Positions 59,598 through 64,000 of a stretch of 64,000 nucleotides of DNA are shown here, in pieces (position 1 is the stretch's first letter; each line of letters opens with the position of its first letter). The translations under genes were made by a program, and so were the position numbers. The notes under the pieces are model-generated. The model was given only the letters and a program-made list of their open reading frames with translations. It had not been told where the DNA came from and ran no database searches. Where the stretch lies: the IMG/VR virus record IMGVR_UViG_3300028666_000002; one strand, given 5' to 3'. The stretch comes from a virus.

Positions 59598-60578
59598 TTG
59601 CCCTCCAAGGCGACACTAGCTATGTGGCTCGTGCAACTAACAGAATGTACATACTTAATTGGTACACCGTGAATAGTTAGTATTGGTTTTTCACAATTGC
59701 ACACTTCTTTTAGAACATTCAAAGCTTTTCTAAGCTTAGCAATCTCAGTTTCCTGAATAGCAATGCGGGCCTGAAGCATATCTACCATAGCGATTTTCCA
59801 CTTAGCAAGTTTCTCATTGGCTGCATTGGCAGCCTGATATGCGTTTAACAAGCCCTCGCCTTGACTATGGAAATCCTGAATTGTGTATATGAGTTTCATA
59901 TTGTTTTTAAATTTATGAGGGAAGTTTTTAGCGTCGTATCCCCCTCGACCTCGACGGCAACGCATTATTTATTGACCACCCATTCACCCAAGGCCGGAAA
60001 AGGATTCTCACGATTGGGAGAATTGCGCAGTCGATAGTATCCAGCTTCATGGATTTGCACGATTGAACCATTAAAAAGGCTCTGGTACGTCTTCACCACA
60101 TTCTTCTTGCCGAATTTGGGAACATCCACGATGAGCACAATACCCAGGTACTCGTAACCGTGGCCGAAGGGATCGTTGACAACTTCTTGGTCTAGCATTT
60201 GTTTTCCTTTAGTATTCTCTCTACTTCACCAAACCTATGGTGTTGCTTCGAGAAGTCCATCTGTTCTAAGAATACCAGAATTGACCTAATGCGTCAATCC
60301 TCTTTCTTAAATCCTTCTACCTTAGCTACAGTCTCGCTATAACGGTCCTCCACGCAATCATCGCATAGGCCTAATAGCATGTTAGTTTCTCCAGCGAAAA
60401 ACGTTTCTCCATCATGAAGAGTTATCAAAAGCAAATCAGATTCATCTTGTAACTCATTAATTTGATCGCAATAATTTCCGTTGTCGTTATCCTCATTCTC
60501 ATCATTTAAACCATAATAATCAAATTTACCCTTTGGCAATACAACTTCACCTATCTTAATGAATTTAATGCTTTTCAT
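59594..60578 (-). CDS. Small hypothetical genes (59594-59965, 59965-60198, 60294-60578)
   Basis: Packed ORFs. Confidence 0.45.
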
Positions 60579-60579
60579 A

Positions 60580-60930
60580 CTAATCCTCTACGTTTTCGTT
60601 AATCCAGGTCTTGAGAGCCTCTCGAACATCGGTACCGCCAGGGTTTCTATCGTGTACAAGCTGCAAAGCCTCAAGCCCATCTACTGGCAACGGCACGCGG
60701 TCTACGAGAATAGGAAAATTGTTGATTAAGCCCGTTGCACTCAAGCACTCCATATTATCGCTATACACTTCATCAGGAATAAAACAACCTACAGCACAAG
60801 CATTATTTTTGTCTCCGCGATAGGCGCAGTACCCATTTTTAGAGGAACGAAAGCCGTCGTTGCCCTTATAAATCTGTTCAATGATTTTACTTTTGGTCCA
60901 TCCATTAATTGCTTTGTACATAAAATTCAC
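60580..60930 (-). CDS. Hypothetical protein, paralog of 62241-62615
   Basis: MYK.INGWTK..C.YRG..NNACAVGCFIPDE.Y..Q..HD..WINENVED in both. Confidence 0.7.
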   Translation of the reverse strand: MNFMYKAINGWTKSKIIEQIYKGNDGFRSSKNGYCAYRGDKNNACAVGCFIPDEVYSDNMECLSATGLINNFPILVDRVPLPVDGLEALQLVHDRNPGGTDVREALKTWINENVED

Positions 60931-60950
60931 TCCTGAGTTTTACTTTTGGT

Positions 60951-61496
60951 CTATTGACATGCTGTGATAATACCATTAGTCAAAGTCAAATTCACCAAGT
61001 AATTTGTAACATACTTCTGTTTTGTTGGTGCGTAGGTCGCAGTCAATCCAATCTGTGCTTGTTGTGTTGAAACAGTTGTCGTAACCGTTGTAGAGCCGTC
61101 CCCATTATCTCTACTGCATGGACTGATAGTCGTTTGTGCGTTGGGTACTACCGTAGTCGTAGTAGATTGTACCACTGGAGAGCCTATAGAAGCTAAGGTA
61201 ATGCCGGTTACGTTAAGTCCCGTTGCAATATTAGAGCCCACAGCCAGCAAGTTAGCACCGTTAGACAGCTTAATAGCTGGCGTAGTAGCAAATGATTGTA
61301 CAGTAGCACTACAGGCCGCCAAATTCAATAAGTTTTGCGTTACATTAGCCTGCGTTGAGGTTAGCAATTGTTTACGTTGCACCGTTGCTTGTTGCTTAAA
61401 AGCTACAGTAAACATTGACATCATTCCCTGCATAATGATGCCCATCAATGCCACCGATACCAATACCGAGATTAGAGATTGTCCTTTGTTATTCAT
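60951..61496 (-). CDS. Type IV prepilin-like protein
   Basis: MNNKG|QSLISVLVSVALMGII class III signal-like N-terminus; C-terminal Cys. Confidence 0.65.
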   Translation of the reverse strand: MNNKGQSLISVLVSVALMGIIMQGMMSMFTVAFKQQATVQRKQLLTSTQANVTQNLLNLAACSATVQSFATTPAIKLSNGANLLAVGSNIATGLNVTGITLASIGSPVVQSTTTTVVPNAQTTISPCSRDNGDGSTTVTTTVSTQQAQIGLTATYAPTKQKYVTNYLVNLTLTNGIITACQ

Positions 61497-61498
61497 AA

Positions 61499-61917
61499 TT
61501 AATCCTTTCTAATCATTCCATTAAGAGCCAAACACAATGCGATTAGCTTAGCGTTAACTTTATCCTCCAGAGCCACCAAAGTCGCTCCGCAGAACGTACA
61601 TCTCCCATGCTTAAGGCAAGCCCTGGTATTTCGATTATTGCACTTGGGACACCGAGTTACCTTACTCATGCTGCGTCCTTCCAAGCCTGCGAATGCATAG
61701 AAGCATACCGCGTCACAGCCAACGATTGCAAGTCAGTCAAGCCAGCTTCGCGAAGCATTCCAATGCAATCGGTATAGGAATGCTCAAGCGACCACAGATA
61801 GAAAGACTTAGCGTGCATTTCGAACTGTTCGAGCGTCAACTTAGATACTTTTACTTTCATCACAATTGCCTCTAAATCTGTTCGTCGTTGTCCGTCTGTG
61901 AATATCAATACCGACAT
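61499..61917 (-). CDS. Two small hypothetical genes (61499-61684 Zn-ribbon, 61666-61917)
   Basis: ORFs; AGGAGG RBS for 61917. Confidence 0.45.
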
Positions 61918-61950
61918 CTAGCCTCCTGTTTGGTTACACTTAAACTATAT

Positions 61951-61967
61951 TGCAATCTCAATGCCAA
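61951..61967 (-). promoter_or_regulatory. Sigma54-like -24/-12 promoter
   Basis: TTGGCATTGAGATTGCA (GG-N10-GC), intergenic, correctly oriented. Confidence 0.5.
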
Positions 61968-62014
61968 GAGTTTTGTGCCTAGCTAATTGTGAAAACTAGC
62001 ATATCTTTTGGTCA

Positions 62015-62239
62015 TTAGTATGTGTCGTAGCCATTAGACTTTAGTAGCCTCATATCAACACTATACTCGCTTACCCGATGATTAACGTTTGGCCTAAGCT
62101 TTTCTCTCACAATTACAATTTCCTCTTCAATACTAACAACTAATCCCTCTACGTATAATCCTCCATAATAGCTCTCATCTTCTCTGTTCGTTAGTTCGAC
62201 AATATCGCCAACTTGGTATTTATTATAGTGTTTATTCAT
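62015..62239 (-). CDS. Small KOW/SH3-like protein
   Basis: YQVGDIVEL...GLVVSI. Confidence 0.45.
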   Translation of the reverse strand: MNKHYNKYQVGDIVELTNREDESYYGGLYVEGLVVSIEEEIVIVREKLRPNVNHRVSEYSVDMRLLKSNGYDTY

Positions 62240-62240
62240 A

Positions 62241-62615
62241 CTAATCCTCCACGTTTTCGTTAATCCACGCAGTCAATCTTTCGACCACATTTAGTTGAGG
62301 ATAACGATAGCGAGTTTGCGTATCCCCTGCGTTATAATCGTGAATGTTTTGCATAGCCGCAAGACCGTATGGGTCTAGCGGCATAGAATCTCTAATATTA
62401 ATAAATTCGCGAACTAATGAGCGAGCAGGATAGCCCTTCTCCATTCTGGGAACATACAATTCATCCGGTATAAAGCAACCAACTGCACAGGCATTATTGT
62501 TAGGGCCACGGTACATACAAAATCCACTTTCTTCCATTGATTTTGTACTATTATTTCGAAGCTTTATCTGTTCAATCATCTTAGCTTTGGTCCAACCGTT
62601 AATAGTTTTGTACAT
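62241..62615 (-). CDS. Hypothetical protein, paralog of 60580-60930
   Basis: See paralog; start MYKTING. Confidence 0.7.
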   Translation of the reverse strand: MYKTINGWTKAKMIEQIKLRNNSTKSMEESGFCMYRGPNNNACAVGCFIPDELYVPRMEKGYPARSLVREFINIRDSMPLDPYGLAAMQNIHDYNAGDTQTRYRYPQLNVVERLTAWINENVED

Positions 62616-62616
62616 A

Positions 62617-62853
62617 TCAATCATCTCCCATAAAGTCAGCACGCCCTATCTGGTGTTCATACCAAGCCTCGTGCAGCGTGTCTGGGTAGTCCTCTGTTAG
62701 CTCTTCAAGTACTTCATCGGGCACTATAGCCTTATCATCGTCAGTCTCATCTAGGTACACTGCAGCGGCTATAAACGTGTCTACGCTATCGCCTGAGGAA
62801 TAGTCAATCTCTGTGATTTCAACTTTCTTTCCTTCGCGTGTCGTGAGTATCAT
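62617..62853 (-). CDS. Acidic hypothetical protein
   Basis: D/E-rich 78 aa. Confidence 0.55.
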   Translation of the reverse strand: MILTTREGKKVEITEIDYSSGDSVDTFIAAAVYLDETDDDKAIVPDEVLEELTEDYPDTLHEAWYEHQIGRADFMGDD

Positions 62854-63111
62854 TCGTTTTCCCTTTCTAGTATTTCCTGTGCTCGTGTCAATAGAACCAC
62901 ATCCTCTACTGGCTCGTAACCATTATCGATTAACTCAGTGTTAACATGGGTAGGTATTCCAGTACCGAACGCTAAAGCTGCGTTAATCAGCCTGTCAATA
63001 TAACTTTGGCTGGCTTTCATATAACTCCTTATTTACACTTACATTTATACCAAAACTGTTTACATCTGTGACACCATTGGCCTACTGGCGTTGTCCATCT
63101 TATCTGCATGC

Positions 63112-63800
63112 TTATCGTCCTTTCTCTGCATATGCGCCCATGAAAAAGCCAGCCGCGAAATGTCCGCATACCAATCCCAGTGCTGGCAAAAATCCCCAAC
63201 TTACTGCACCTACTAATCCCGCAAGCATTAGCATTCCTAAAGTCATTTCGATGATTGCGTATATTGCACAAATAGTTGCATTTTTTGTGTTATGATGATT
63301 CATAAAATTCACTTCTCACTTTCCTTTGGTCTACTAAAATAGGATTCACCAGGGATATAGCAATCAAAGATGAATTCTTTCTCACATCAACGCAATCATA
63401 GCGACCAAATCATAGGCAGCACTTATTGGGTGGGTTTGCAGTTCAATAACGTATAACACGCCAAACACACAACCTGTTAAGAATGTTAAGATATTCATAT
63501 CACACCTTAAGTTTGCAGATATACTGCGTTAATTTCATTTCGAGTTTACACAATAGTTTAAGCATGGTTTGCCTCCGCGCATGCGTCAATAGCAATACCA
63601 ATAGTTGTCAGGATATCCCAGAATTCTTCTTGGATATAGAAACCGTCAAGCTGTTCTGAGATGAGGAATAGCGCGTTTAGGTCTAGTATATCAGCCTCGT
63701 TTGCCTGTGTAACCCTTTCCAACGCTTGCTTAACCTCTGGGTTACGTGCCTTGCGTGTTTGAGACATTAGCCGCCACGTTTGATAAGTAGAGAGTTTCAT
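63112..63800 (-). CDS. Small hypothetical genes (63112-63312 TM; 63558-63800)
   Basis: ORFs with RBS. Confidence 0.45.
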
Positions 63801-64000
63801 TAAATTTCTCCTTCTGTTTCGAGGAATAGAGAGAGCAACATAATTCTAATACCTTTGTGTTCTTCTCTGTCCTTATTGTACTCACTCATTCCGTCCAGAT
63901 AGGTTTTATCTTCAAAATAAAACAAATAATTATATTGTTGATAAAACTGACGATATTTCGTTGCTAGCTCGTTGCTCCCCTCTTTTTTCAGGGCTGAGCA

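Noticed and set aside
1-64000. CRISPR array or canonical tRNA/tmRNA genes
   Set aside because: No regularly spaced direct repeats and no complete cloverleaf seen by eye
1-64000. Stop-codon reassignment
   Set aside because: Known genes are full length in the standard code; TAG, TGA and TAA all end genes

Overview
A 64 kb segment of a large lytic myophage with a contractile tail and a Herelleviridae/SPO1-like capsid and protease. The host is probably Gram-negative; the prepilin-like, lipoprotein, PhaR-like and sigma54-like features point tentatively to a Bdellovibrionota/Myxococcota-type host. Layout: (1) 1-3.3 kb, M15 peptidase end, small ORFs, a structured intergenic element, and a PRPP-synthetase-like plus NAMPT-like pair matching the NARP1 NAD+ reconstitution anti-defence pathway. 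(2) 3.4-42.4 kb, late morphogenesis module: prohead protease, scaffold, MCP, neck, sheath, tube and fibre/decoration proteins, including one ending in a DUF3494 ice-binding domain. Seven free-standing homing endonucleases are interspersed, and a recurring AATCTT motif looks like a late promoter. (3) 42.4-47 kb, lysis-like membrane genes and tail chaperones. (4) 47-64 kb, minus-strand early region of small genes with sigma70-like promoters (Thg1, rIIA/rIIB, collagen-PA14 lipoprotein, pilin-like and acidic proteins). Main hypothesis: many head-module proteins carry a repeated hydrophobic-x-K|[S/A/G] motif matching the predicted MCP maturation site. Three of them carry enzymatic domains bounded by this motif (GNAT, 2H phosphoesterase, mCpol cyclase), suggesting a capsid-packaged, protease-released effector set acting on cyclic-nucleotide immunity. 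All assignments come from motifs read by eye; no database searches were run. No portal, terminase, tape measure, baseplate, canonical tRNA or CRISPR array was seen.
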